Of a DNA stretch of 64,000 bases, positions 32,235-45,628 are shown in pieces. This DNA is from Eledone cirrhosa (lineage: Eukaryota): the NCBI GenBank assembly GCA_964016885.1, contig OZ024753.1, forward strand, positions 32,426,001-32,490,000. Direction: 5' to 3'. The position numbers and the translations under genes are program-made. Below the pieces are notes generated by a model. It made no database searches. It saw nothing but the letters and a program-made list of their open reading frames with translations, and had not been told where the DNA came from. The stretch's first letter is position 1, and the number at the start of each line of letters is the position of its first letter.

Positions 32235-35035
32235 TTATACTTCTCTTAGGTCAGTGTTGTTTGTTTGGGTGTTGTTGTTGTTCCACTCATTCTTTCTGTT
32301 TAGCTTTGGTCTTCTAATTTCTATTTCACTGGCCTCTCTGATTTGCCTATCTGCTGGGTCATTCCTATGTTTAGATATTATTCTAATTTCTATGTTGTCT
32401 ATGTTACCGTCATGATGTTGTCTAGCATGTTCGTATAGTACTGACCCGTTTTTTCGTCCTTTTAGTTCCCCCCAGTGTTGGTCTATCCTTTCACCTATGC
32501 TACGAGCTGTCTCACCTATGTATGTTGTTGTCGTGTTTCTGCAAGTACCCTCTGTACATCTTATGCTATAGACTACGTTTCTAGTTTTACAGTTTATCCG
32601 GGGGTTCACCTTACATATGATACATTTCCTATTGGTACAGTGGGTTTTCTTAAAAGGGTAGGTTTTGCTGATCAGGGATTTTATGGTGGTTCCTGGCTTT
32701 TCTACCACCTTTATTTTTAAGTGGGTCTTTCTCAGGGCCTTTCTACACTGGTTAGCTAATTTCCCTCCAGGGGTGGCGTCCACAAACATGACACTCTGAT
32801 ATCTCTGGTTGTCGTACCATGATGTGGCCGTCCCTATCTTATGTCTAGCCCTATCTAAGCTATTCCATGATTTGCTCCTGTATAGTGGGCAAATTCCTTT
32901 CATGTCCAGTTCTATGAGGGTCTTATACTTTTCCATGGCTCCTTCGTATACTCTGACTCTGTCTCTTTGGTTGTAGCCAGAGAACTGCATGCGGTTGATG
33001 AAGTGTTGGATGTGTCCTTCCATTTCTGTTGGGTCGCACATGCTGGACACATTCTTCATCACTCGTACCAAATCTGCGATCAGAATATTAAACTTAGCAC
33101 TACTGGACATTGCTGAGTTTTTGAGTATCAGGTATTTGGAGGCCATGGGTTTAGCATAGTGTGAGTGGAGAATTTGGGCTCTCTCGTCTATAGTGTTAAT
33201 CCAGAGTTCTGTGTCTAATACAGGTAGTCTATTGTTAGGGTGTTTGGAAGGGAAGTCTATAGTTACAGTTATACTCTGGTGTATGGAATTAGCTATCTGC
33301 TGGATGCTTTCCATCGTGCTACGTTCTAAATCAAACTTGTTAGTGCTCTCTAGTGGGGGTGTTCTTATAACTATATTGATATCGTCTACATAACGAGAGT
33401 ACATGATGAGGTCTATGGAGCTTTCATTAAGGAGATCTTTAAGTCTCCTTTCCCACCATACCATGAAAAGGTTGGCAACATCGCCAGCTATGCTGACGCC
33501 GATGGCTGCTCCCTCATTTTGGGTGTAGATTTTCTCATTGAACTTAAATATGTGGCCCTTTAGGGTAGTTTTGATACTAGCCCCTATTGCGTGTGCGACC
33601 ATTTTTCTTACCTGATCAGTGTTTTGGGGGTCCGTATAGCTTTGGTCCACCCAATCCACCTTCCTATGGGAGTCTTTTTAGCCATTGAGGTTATGGTGGG
33701 GGGTCTACCTCTTATAGGTCTACTAGGGCAGAAACATCTAAGGTCATGGCTGTCTAGGTAGTCAGTGTCGTAGGTAAGTCTAAGTAGGAGGCCCAGTTCG
33801 TCTGTGTCGACGTCGCAGAACTCCACCTCACTCTCAATGATCATCTCCACACATCTTTTCACAGCAAAATCAATGTTAATGGATGGGTACAGTGACACCA
33901 CATCCATGCTGCCTATTAAGCAGTTGGATAGGCTCCTGTTTTTGTTGCACTCACTGATTCTGCTGAGGAGGTCCTCTGTACTTTCACATACATCTGGGGA
34001 CATCTTGATTATGGGGCGTATAACCATTGAGAGGAAGTAGGAGATCCTGTAGTTGCTAGCTATATTAGCTCCGCATACAGGTCTTGTTGGTGGTCCTATT
34101 GTCGGGTCGTCGACTGTCTTGTGGTCTTTGCGGAGCCCATACAAGGGTGGTATGCCATTGTTAGACGCCTGGAAGTTGTTGGCAGTGCGTCTGCTTGGCT
34201 TTAGGATGTCAGTCCACATCATCATGTGAGCGTTGAGGATTTTTTCTCTCCCATCGTGTGTTAGTTGTGCAACTTCGCTCGTGTTGGTGATGTGGGGTTG
34301 CATTGCCTCGATGTAGTTCGGCATGCTATCTATTGACATCCTACCAGACTTATCTGTGGGTAGACACACTACTTCACCATCCCTTGTGCGCTGCTTGAGG
34401 CTAACCAAGCCTTCTACAGGTTTTATCCCAAGTTGTTGGGCCTCTGGTCTGCTCTGTCTCATAGTGTACCTGTCTACTACTTGTCTAATCTTATTTCTAG
34501 CTATGGTGAACTGTGCCTCCGTCTCGTCATCTATTTGTTGTGGTATGCAAACTCTTTTATTAAAGGGTAACCTCGTAGGATAGATATTACCCATCTTATA
34601 TGTTTTGTCAGCTGGGTTGAAAAATAGTTTCTCTAAGGGGTTGTCGTTATTTCTATCGTCATAGTTGTGTGTGTTGCTATTATTGTTATCATGGTGGTTG
34701 TTGTTGTTTCTATCCTTAGCATTAATATTATTATTGTTATGATTGCTAGATGTATTGTTGTTTACTTCACCGTTATTGTTGTTGTTGTTACTGCTATTTC
34801 TACCATTGTGGTTGTTACTATTATTATGTTTCTTGTTTTTGTTGATGTTGCTACATGTACTATTTCCATTATTACCACTGTGGTTATTGTTGTTGTTGTT
34901 GTTCGTATTGTTACCGTTATTACTACTGTGGTCACTGTTGCTGTGTCTGTGGTTAACGTTTCTATTATTATTATTATTGTGGTTGTTGTTGTTCTGTCTA
35001 TCGCTAGTATTATTACCATTATCACTATTTCTCAC
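32235..35035 (-). pseudogene. PLE reverse transcriptase plus GIY-YIG endonuclease polyprotein, one frameshift near 33620-33630, 5'-truncated, Asn-rich N-terminal part
   Basis: [71 protein letters not shown] motifs across ORFs 33608-35035 and 32235-33659. Confidence 0.93.
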
Positions 35036-35058
35036 TTTCCTGCCACTATGCTAAACCC

Positions 35059-35970
35059 ATGGCCTCCAAATACCTGATACTCAAAAACTCAGCAATGTCC
35101 AGTAGTGCTAAGTTTAATATTCTGATCGCAGATTTGGTACGAGTGATGAAGAATGTGTCCAGCATGTGCGACCCAACAGAAATGGAAGGACACATCCAAC
35201 ACTTCATCAACCGCATGCAGTTCTCTGGCTACAACCAAAGAGACAGAGTCAGAGTATACGAAGGAGCCATGGAAAAGTATAAGACCCTCATAGAACTGGA
35301 CATGAAAGGAATTTGCCCACTATACAGGAGCAAATCATGGAATAGCTTAGATAGGGCTAGACATAAGATAGGGAAGGCCACATCATGGTACGACAACCAG
35401 AGATATCAGAGTGTCATGTTTGTGGACGCCACCCCTGGAGGGAAATTAGCTAACCAGTGTAGAAAGGCCCTGAGAAAGACCCACTTAAAAATAAAGGTGG
35501 TAGAAAAGCCAGGAACCACCATAAAATCCCTGATCAGCAAAACCTACCCTTTTAAGAAAACCCACTGTACCAATAGGAAATGTATCATATGTAAGGTGAA
35601 CCCCCGGATAAACTGTAAAACTAGAAACGTAGTCTATAGCATAAGATGTACAGAGGGTACTTGCAGAAACACGACAACAACATACATAGGTGAGACAGCT
35701 CGTAGCATAGGTGAAAGGATAGACCAACACTGGGGGGAACTAAAAGGACGAAAAAACGGGTCAGTACTATACGAACATGCTAGACAACATCATGACGGTA
35801 ACATAGACAACATAGAAATTAGAATAATATCTAAACATAGGAATGACCCAGCAGATAGGCAAATCAGAGAGGCCAGTGAAATAGAAATTAGAAGACCAAA
35901 GCTAAACAGAAAGAATGAGTGGAACAACAACAACACCCAAACAAACAACACTGACCTAAGAGAAGTATAA
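35059..35970 (+). pseudogene. Inverted duplicate of the PLE thumb/linker/GIY-YIG region
   Basis: 303-aa ORF identical to the C-terminus of 32235-33659 except IGTATSW/IGKATSW. Confidence 0.92.
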
Positions 35971-36240
35971 ATAAATAAGTAAATTAAATTAAATAAAATA
36001 AGATAAATAAATACATACACAAGCACATAAACACACACTAGTCACCCAGCAGACACAACACTATACACACTAGTCACACATCACACATAACACTATACAC
36101 ACACGCAAACGCATGCGCAAAGAAGACAAAATAAAATAAGATAAACAAACAAGCAAATAAATAAATAAATATATAGACAGACTGAACAAAAAAAAAAAAT
36201 GGCGTAGACATACAACACAACAGGAGGAACAATGAATATA

Positions 36241-36283
36241 ACACCACTGACGATGTTGCAGATGTGCAACGAAAGATTTATGT
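36241..36283 (+). ncRNA. Hammerhead motif (subfamily B, right arm)
   Basis: ca-CTGACGA-t-gttgca gatg tgcaac-GAAA-gatt-TA-tg; perfect 6-bp stem II, weak stem I; same position as the subfamily A motif. Confidence 0.7.
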
Positions 36284-36768
36284 AAACTATATATATATGT
36301 GTTTGTCTATATTGTATCTGTATTATTTTTGACCGCCGGTCAGTCAATGGCAACATTGAGGACCGAGTAAGTTAGATCGCAGATATATATATATAAAAGA
36401 CAGCGAGAAGCGAAAACCAACCAAACAGTGAGTGTGTTCTGTTATTAATTCTGGCAATATTACGCAAATATGACCCTCCCCAAATATAACAATATCTGTT
36501 TCGACACACGATTTCATATAAAAAACCTCGCAAAACTATATATATATATATATATATGTATACATACATACATACATATATATATACATACATACATATA
36601 TAGGTATATATATATATATACATACATACATACATATGTATATATATATATACATACATACACACATATACATAAATATGTATATATACATATATACATA
36701 TACATTTATATATATATATATACATATATACATTTATATATATATATATACATATATACATATACATT

Positions 36769-36902
<134 letters not shown>

Positions 36903-37420
36903 TGTGTGTGCGCGTGTCTATCCAAAAACAAACACACTAACAATATTAAGTTAAACTAATGGAAATTTCGAAAAATTAATATCACGCCACAAAATGTTTA
37001 TGTGTCTAGTATTTACACTATCTGTAAAACGTATGACATTTTCAAGCACATAATTTAATGATTATTGTCTCTTGTCTCTATTGAGTCTCATATTTGTTTA
37101 AATTAATATATTTACTTTGGAATTAAATGTCTCTAACGTGGAACTTTAAACAAAATGCATTAAGTATTAGAGAATTTATATGGCCAGTAAAGTGTATAAT
37201 CTTCGTTTAATATCCTAGGGATTTATGAGTAAATTTCAGGTTGTTAAGAGTGCTGAGTTTGCTTTAGAAACACAGGAAATGATGTTTAGGCTTGTTTGAA
37301 ACTTTGTTTATACTAACTAATACTTGTACAAATATATATAGACAAGTACCCACGTTGATAAATACTATACCAGTCCATCAGAGTGATTCTTCTTTTAACT
37401 TCATCTCTGGGTTCAAACGT

Positions 37421-37482
<62 letters not shown>

Positions 37483-37560
37483 ATATATATATATATGAAT
37501 GTATGTTAATATCTACGTATATACATACATGTATAAATGTGTATGTGTGTAAACATATGC

Positions 37561-37596
<36 letters not shown>

Positions 37597-38432
37597 CTGT
37601 GTGTGTGTGTGTGTATTTATATATATAAGTGTGCGTGTGTAAACACGTAAGCGAAGACGTATATAAATACAACGTGATTCTTATTCTATAAATTAGTTGG
37701 TTAATCCTCTTACATATTGTAATAATATACACGGTTTTCATTGAGAAGACTTTATTATTAGCAATGTCATTATATATTATCTTTGCAGACATACTGGTAC
37801 CTGATTTTCTAGAGAACTAATATGAGGAACATACCTCAGCTAACCAAGGAACTCGATGACATTTTTGCCAGAGACATTATTTATACGGAAGCTGCCAATT
37901 ATCGACTCATCTTTTGAGCCTCAAGTGAAAAGACCGAAACGTGAATAGATTAAATTAAGCAAGTAATACGCTATTTTATAATATGCACGATCCATTCATT
38001 TCTATCAAAGCAATATCTTCGCAATATGTTTATATTAATAGTTGATATCGTTAAAACCATCCTAATTAATTAATTAGTTAGTTTCCTTCTATAAACAGCA
38101 AATATTTTACAAGAAGAAAGATGACCATTGTCTTTCACTTGCCATAAGTCTCATTTGTCAATGGAGGTATTAATCATTAGCTTCGATTATAATAAGACTC
38201 TATTCGGAATTGTGATTTTGCTTTTCAAAGATTTTTTTTTTGGCTTACAAACACCCATGGACAGAAAGACAGACAGACAGACAGACACACGCATATATAT
38301 ATATATATGTGTTATTTGTGTGTGTGTGTGTAATACATATATATATATATATACACACACACACATATATATATATATATACATACACACACACAGGCAC
38401 ATATATATATATAAAATATATATATATATAAA

Positions 38433-38497
<65 letters not shown>

Positions 38498-38871
38498 TGT
38501 ATGTATATATATATATATATATATTTTTTTTTTTTAGGTGTTATATGCACATGATATTGTATTTATCGTGATGGCGACACACGGAAATAACTTCATTCTG
38601 TGATTTCAGTCAATAATTAAGTACAAATATAGATAATGTATGTTATATTTCTGTACCGATATATTTAAGAAAAAACAAATTCAGATGAAAATAGATTCCA
38701 TGGTTAAATACATACTCATATTAGCTGTTGGCAGCTGCACCGTCTCTTATTTATTTATTGGTAATTTGGCATAACTTCAACGTGTGACAATGCACGAAAT
38801 GAGATTAAATAGAACAATACAAGAAACCCCTTAATTGCTATATACATACATACAAACACACACACATATAT

Positions 38872-38913
<42 letters not shown>

Positions 38914-39697
38914 ACATTTTCTATACGCGTATGTTTTGATGTAATTTATATCTAAGACTTTATAATATTTATCCAACATTATAATGTCCCTTCCAACGTC
39001 TCCTTAGTTTTACTTCTAGTATTGTCGATTAAATATTCCTTATCTGAGGTACATATTTAATCTCAATAATATATAAAGAAAATTAACATTAACTCATTGA
39101 TATCATTCGTTCTAAAGTTGATAATATTATTTATCACACTTTCATATTACTTCACAATTCTAGTTATCTTCACTTGTATAACAATGGCGATATTGTTGAT
39201 ATTGAAATGTTTACAGTTTAATATAATTCTCTTCCTTGAAAAAAAAAAAGAAAAAAACTTTGCCCAATCGACTAGTTTTATTTCAATCATTCAACCTAAC
39301 GACAAATGAAAATTTAAGCAAAATATTATACATACGAAAAAAATAATTTGGCAAAATACTATATATATCGTACTTTAACTTGTGTATTAATATTCTCCAT
39401 TGAATATAGAAATTCTCAGGACAAATAGATTACTTGGGGCAGGCAAGTTTACATCGTCATAGTTGGATAACTATAAATGAAGTCAAATATGGTATTAAGA
39501 TATTCCTGCTTATGTAAAATGTAAAAATAAAACAATCAATAAACTTAAATAACTCCTTAACTAAGATGACATCACGAAATATATTGTAATGTGTGTGTGT
39601 GTGTTTGTTTGCGTTTTGCAATCGCCGTTATAACTGATTAATATTTGAAATTGACGTTTTAACATCTAAATTATACACCTGAATCATTTAAGTTGTG

Positions 39698-39740
<43 letters not shown>

Positions 39741-39805
39741 GTGAGAGAGAGAGGGAGAGAGAGAGATAGAGAATTAAGTTCATAATTAGTTCCTATTATT
39801 TAAGA

Positions 39806-39968
39806 GTGTCGGACGCCATGCTTCGCAGCACAGTTACGTCCTTTTACGGACTGAGTTCAAATCCCGCCGAGGTTAACTTTGCCTTTCATCCTTATGGGGT
39901 CGATAAAATAAAGTACAAGTAATACACTGGGATAATTGCTGGCCTTGTGCCAAAAGTAGAAACAATTA
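39806..39968 (+). mobile_element. SINE copy, 5'-truncated
   Basis: B-box-like GAGTTCAAATCCC; reverse complement of the 52431-52616 family. Confidence 0.8.
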
Positions 39969-40418
39969 TTTAATATATAATAGACGGAAAAACACTTAAC
40001 GATGTTCCTTGACAGATGTTCCCTAATGCCGTATATATATATATATATATATATATATGAATTATAATGGCCGTTTAAGGTCATGTTGTTCTGGATAATT
40101 GCATTGTCTTAAAGCGATTGTTTCAAGTATCTATCAGCTCTAATTGATCTATCGTTTGTCGGTGTTAGCAGAGGTTATAACGGTCACTGTTTAGTGGTGA
40201 TAGAATCACTTTGAATGAAGTTAAAATTCAGCTCAATATATAACCTTTAGCCATAAATCATCAAAGAATTACAAACATTAAGCTGATTGCTTTCTCTTTT
40301 TGTATCTATATATAAGTTTGTGTATGTGTCTGACTATTTTCTGTAGCGAAGATTGTGAAAATAGAAAAAACTTATTAACAACAATTATCGTGACAGAGAG
40401 CAATACAGAATGATTTAC

Positions 40419-40489
40419 CCTGGATATGTTGCCACACGCACCCATCACAACACGTGGTGTTCCAGTTGTTTGAACAGTGGAACATACTC
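40419..40489 (-). CDS. Candidate host-gene exon (71 bp), product unidentified
   Basis: ttttag acceptor, G|GTAAAT donor, two open frames, higher GC than flanks. Confidence 0.3.
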
Positions 40490-41211
40490 CTAAAATTAAC
40501 GTGAAAGTGCCTGAGCATTTCATGTAAACGTTTACGCTTACTGTAGTTCTTAGGGATATTCAGTCTAGTACAGTGTGTAACAAGGTTGATTGTTTAAATT
40601 ACTGGTGCAACTCACCTTCGCCAAATGATAGAACTGCAGCAACGTGAAATACAAGCTCGCACTATGTCTTACCCAAAGACACAACGTGCCGCCGTGAAGT
40701 GAACTTATGTACTTACGATAGCGATACGATACCTTAACCTCTAAGCCACGCTCCTTCACGTCTGTCTATATATGCCATGATATACACAGTAAATTGATAA
40801 CACCATGTAAATAGTAGACATAGTAACACAGTTCCCATTGAGTATATTAGTGTTAAACGATTAATTTTACAGATCCTATTTATATACCACCTGAAACATC
40901 AAGAATCGAATTATATTTAGATAAGAAATGTCGAAATATAAATGAAGATGTCATAGAGGGGACGATACGGGTTTAGATTTATGAAACTATTTTACTTTAG
41001 ATTTTGCTTCTATCTGTTAGATTAGCACTAATTAATAAACTTGGCGTATAATTGAATTTAATTAAGTTAACCCAATTCGGCAATTACAATGATGTGGCAT
41101 TTATTAGAATTCACTATGATTATACTAACACTGAATACAAATGTTAATGCAATATATAATATTCAAAAGAACATTAGGATACCAAATAAGAGTTAGAACG
41201 TATGTGTATGT

Positions 41212-41258
<47 letters not shown>

Positions 41259-41969
41259 AAACAGTCAGGACCTGTCGAAACGCCCGGAGCTTAGCCGTCG
41301 GGGTCATGACTCTTCTCCTATATATATATATATATATATATTATACATCTAAGGCCCCATTCGGTCATGGCGGACGACGCGTATGGCAAGTAGAACATAA
41401 ACAACAACAATGGTTTCTTTTTTTTTAGGAGAACCAGCAGCTAGTCATGCATGTTATAAGATTATAAGATGGTACGAATCTTAATGAAGATAGTTATGAT
41501 GTGAAAAACATGAGAAGTATTTTTTGATAAATGGTAAATAATTTGTAATATTCTAGAATATATATCTAGAAGGGACATAAAGTAAAGGTCCCTTAACTGT
41601 TGTTGAAATGATAGAAGCAAAGAGCGACTCATGAATATTTTAAATCTGATGAGGTCCGTTCCTCACCAGATCACAACGTAGCCGTTTTTACCCAGAGATG
41701 AAGTTAAAAGAAGAATCACTCTGCTGGACTGGTATAGTATTTATCAACCTCGAAAAGATAAGAAAAACAACACTGAGTATCGATGGGAATTGAAAGTTGA
41801 GTGCCCATCAAAACACAGGCAGCGCAACAGTTAACGACCATTTCAATATTATTATCCATGTAATTAATTCATCAATAGGTTGATTAATTACAAATTATTA
41901 ATTAATCCAGCAAATTCGTTGATTAATTAATAATTGATTATCAAACCTTTCGTCACAGTCTGTCACCGT

Positions 41970-42010
<41 letters not shown>

Positions 42011-43012
42011 TTTGCTTCTCTTTTTCGTCTTCAGTTTATTTTTTTTTATCTTTCTAGATATTTTATCTTTTAAAGACATCTCTGAAACTTTCAGCAGTTC
42101 ACATGTTTTCACCAGGAAATAAAATTACAGTAATATAAACGGAATAGGTGAAACTATATGTCAAGATGAATTTTAAAAGAAGTTCAAATTACAGTGAATA
42201 GGTTGTGCTATTTATTATATATTCAGGGTTCATCGGAAATTAGTCGTATATGTGTATTTATGTTGTCATTTAAACCACTACCTAACACTAACTTGCAGCA
42301 ATGACTTAACTAGCTGACACTATTCGCATTTGTATTCTAACAACTATATGAAGCTGCCATTTGGCAAGTCAATCAAATAGAATATACTGCAAGGCAGTAA
42401 CTTTGTCCTTTCGTATTCATCTGTATTATAGGTGGTTGCAGATTATCGACGTTATAAGAATAGCAAAACAGGTCATTATTGTAAACTATGTATAGACTAC
42501 GTATGTTCAAATTAACGTTCAACGTGAAGTATAAATCTGATTACAATAAGTCCTAGATTTTTTTAACCTTTTCTTAGGTTTTGCAAATGTCTTGTTTATA
42601 TGTTAAAGTTCCGTGTGTCCATAATGTGCATTCAATTTGGTTGGGCTTTTGTGTGTGTACGTGCGTGTGTGTATATGAAAAGACGTGTTACACACGACCA
42701 AGTTTATTGAAATTGAATAAAACTGCTTGTTCTAATAGAATTAAAGAATTGTTTCCGCGAAAGGCCGATCGTCCATACACGCTTTAAAACGTAAAAATAA
42801 CAAATATTATCAACAATCAATGTACAGATATTGAGATATTGTATATTTTAAACATTCCTATAAGAGTTGACCAACGCCTTGTAAAATGACGTTTCGTAGA
42901 TGAAAGGTTTGTAAACGCATATATACATACACCCACATCTCTCTCTCTCTCTCTCTCACTCTCTCTCTCACTCTCACTCTCACTCTCACTCTCTCTCTCT
43001 CTCTCACTCTCA

Positions 43013-43047
<35 letters not shown>

Positions 43048-43142
43048 GATATGAAGTAATTCCGTCGGAAAAGTCCAGGAATTTTTTTTGCTTTTAAGAA
43101 ACCACTGGTAAATGAAATAATTGCCTTATGTTGTTTATTAGA

Positions 43143-43194
<52 letters not shown>

Positions 43195-44487
43195 AAAGTG
43201 ACGATTCACTTCGTCGCTACAGTGCATACACGTATACATACAAACAAACATACATACGTACGTACATATATTCTCACATAGGTACATGCATACCTCATCG
43301 CTTAGTCTTCTAGGATTATCAGCCAAAATCTACATGTCAGAGATTAACATCTATACCTTTCCCTCTCTGTGGCCGCGCATCTGTGTTTGTGGCTGTGTCG
43401 TGTATGTTAACTTTTAAGTAGATTTCTATTTTAATTGAAAAAGTTGTATTACATATTAGACACCCTTCGTCAACAATTTACGTCATCACTGTGTGTCAAA
43501 ATATATTGTGGTATCTACACATTTATCACCTTTAAACTGTAATCGATATACGAAATGATCGAACTCGCTGCTGCTCACTTCACACAGAGAATATCAAGAA
43601 CGTTAGATAAGAAATGTCCTTTTGATATTATTTTTGATTTATTTAGTATATTTAGTCGTTAAATGTTTTCTTTGATATAGAGAAGTTTATCACCACATCA
43701 CTGTGTTTGAATACCAGTTAGCACCTTAATGTATTTATCTCCCCTCGATGCTAGATAATAGGATATCGATCGATGTTTGCTCTAGTTTCCTGTTCTACCG
43801 AGAAGCTGATAGTTCAGGTACATAGTTAAACAGAATTTATGATGACCACTCACAGATCAGTCAATTCAGTAATTGAGACAAGGCTCGTATAATCTATATC
43901 ATTCCCAATGATGTTTATATACAAACTTCCACTTGAGGAAGTATAATTATCTATCATTTGAGCAGGAAAATATATTACAAAAACACTAACGTTGACTAAC
44001 GTACGTACCAACAAGATAGGTTCTTTCTACGCCTCACACTCTTAAAAACATATACGTATTTCGTGTATGTATATATATATGCCTGTTCATCTCACTTATC
44101 TTGATAAAGCAGTCCCCTTTATTCTCAATCTTCCGACCTATTCTTTCTCATAACGTTAACCTTTCCCGATGAAGGACTAAAATCCAGTACAATGAACCAT
44201 TCCTTTTCCAACAAGCGTGAAAATAATAACACTATGCAATTGTATCCTCGTGTCCATTGGTTGATTTTTGTGTCCATACATGTGTGTGTTTGTGTGTGTG
44301 TGCGTGTGTGTGCGTGTGTGTGTGTGATCTATTTCTCGAACCGTTGAGCGAAGCAATAGGAATATTTTTGAATTTGCATGTTAGTTGCATCAACGTTTGA
44401 AAAATAATTGGGTATATAAAAATCATAGAGACGGGAAAATATTTTACAGCCCCACCTGTGGGATATGAATCCACACCTACAATATAC

Positions 44488-44615
44488 CATTTGGCCGTGT
44501 TAATCACTAAAGAGCCAGCTGACAAATGTGTCCTTTTTATAAAGCCATAACCAGGAAGTGGATATGTAAACAATCTATTTTTAGGATCGTTGAGCGATAG
44601 AAACATATTTTTCCT
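44488..44615 (-). CDS. Candidate host-gene exon, product unidentified
   Basis: ctacag acceptor; open frame RKNMFLSLNDPKNRLFTYPLPGYGFIKRTHLSAGSLVINTAK; phase-compatible with 40419-40489. Confidence 0.3.
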
Positions 44616-44630
44616 CTGTAGGTTAGAAGC

Positions 44631-44662
<32 letters not shown>

Positions 44663-44667
44663 GTGCG

Positions 44668-44739
<72 letters not shown>

Positions 44740-45442
44740 AACAATAGTCGAATAATGTGGGTATATAAACCCAGATCTATACACATTTTTCCGTCTTCAG
44801 CTTAGACTATATTTCGGAGACAAATTAATGCTTCTAACTTTATATATATATATATATATATACATATATATATACTCAGTTTGTATCTCGATATAATTCC
44901 TAGCTGTCTGGCTATAACCATCTACTCCTCATACTCCTATACGTTATAACATTCTCTATTACACTGTCACTTTTGCGTTTTCTAGCCCTTCACTTTTATC
45001 GCCCCATATCTCTGCCTCTCGTCCACTTTCATTAGATTTCTATCTCCCCCTTTCTCCTTCTCTCCATCAGCTTGTTTCTTTTTCTCCTCATTATCTCAAC
45101 ATCGACAGTAACTAAACACAAAATGACTTATTTGGATGTAAATATCTTAATGTAAATCAAATGTTCTCTCCCCCCGCCACCGACATTCTCTGTTCGAATT
45201 TCAGTAATTAGTAGTTAAGTAGTGACGTCCAGATGAAATAAAACTAATCATAGAAATCAGTCATATTGACATTTATAGTTACTCCTTTTCGCCATCTTCC
45301 ATTAAACACGGTTGAAAGCTCGACATCACGTGAACAAAAGAAAGATCTGTGAGAACGACATTTTGACTGGCGAAGCAGAAACGAGAAAACAGCTAGAAAT
45401 AGCAGAAAAATCACAACGTACTTTTAGTTTATAATAATAATA

Positions 45443-45628
45443 ATTGTTTCTACTTTAGGCACAAGGCCAGCAATTACCCAGTGCATTACGGGTAATTTAT
45501 TTTTTCGACCGTAAGGATGAAAGGCAAAGCCAACCTCGGCGGGATTTGAACTCAGATCGTAAAGGGACGTAACTATGCTGGAAAGCATGGCGTCCGACCC
45601 TCTACCGATACTGCCAATCCACCGCCCT
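45443..45628 (-). mobile_element. SINE copy
   Basis: ggcacaaggccagcaattacccagtg...gggatttgaactc...ctgccaatccaccgcc; (AAT)n tail; near-identical to 51812 and 52431. Confidence 0.85.

Larger units (their letters stand above)
31711..36537. mobile_element. Penelope-like element subfamily B (Neptune-like): long minus-strand copy 31711-35043 joined head-to-head to an inverted 3' segment 35044-36537
   Basis: 31711-33161 is the near-perfect reverse complement of 35044-36493; both ends abut TA/TACA microsatellite. Confidence 0.95.

Noticed and set aside
32235-35035. Selenoprotein-type or N-terminal-endonuclease (Naiad/Chlamys) PLE
   Set aside because: The endonuclease is C-terminal and no in-frame TGA is seen in the ORFs
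34667-35077. Poly-Leu/Val 'membrane protein' ORFs
   Set aside because: Antisense and alternative frames of the Asn-rich PLE segment
31711-36537. DNA transposon with 1.45-kb TIRs
   Set aside because: The inverted repeats are the RT thumb/GIY-YIG 3' half of a retroelement; no transposase
41645-41675. CTGATGA hairpin as hammerhead (also 62982, 63461)
   Set aside because: No properly placed GAAA...UH half or stem I
44165-44190. CCGATGAAGGACTAAAATCC hammerhead-like start
   Set aside because: The 3' half of the core is absent
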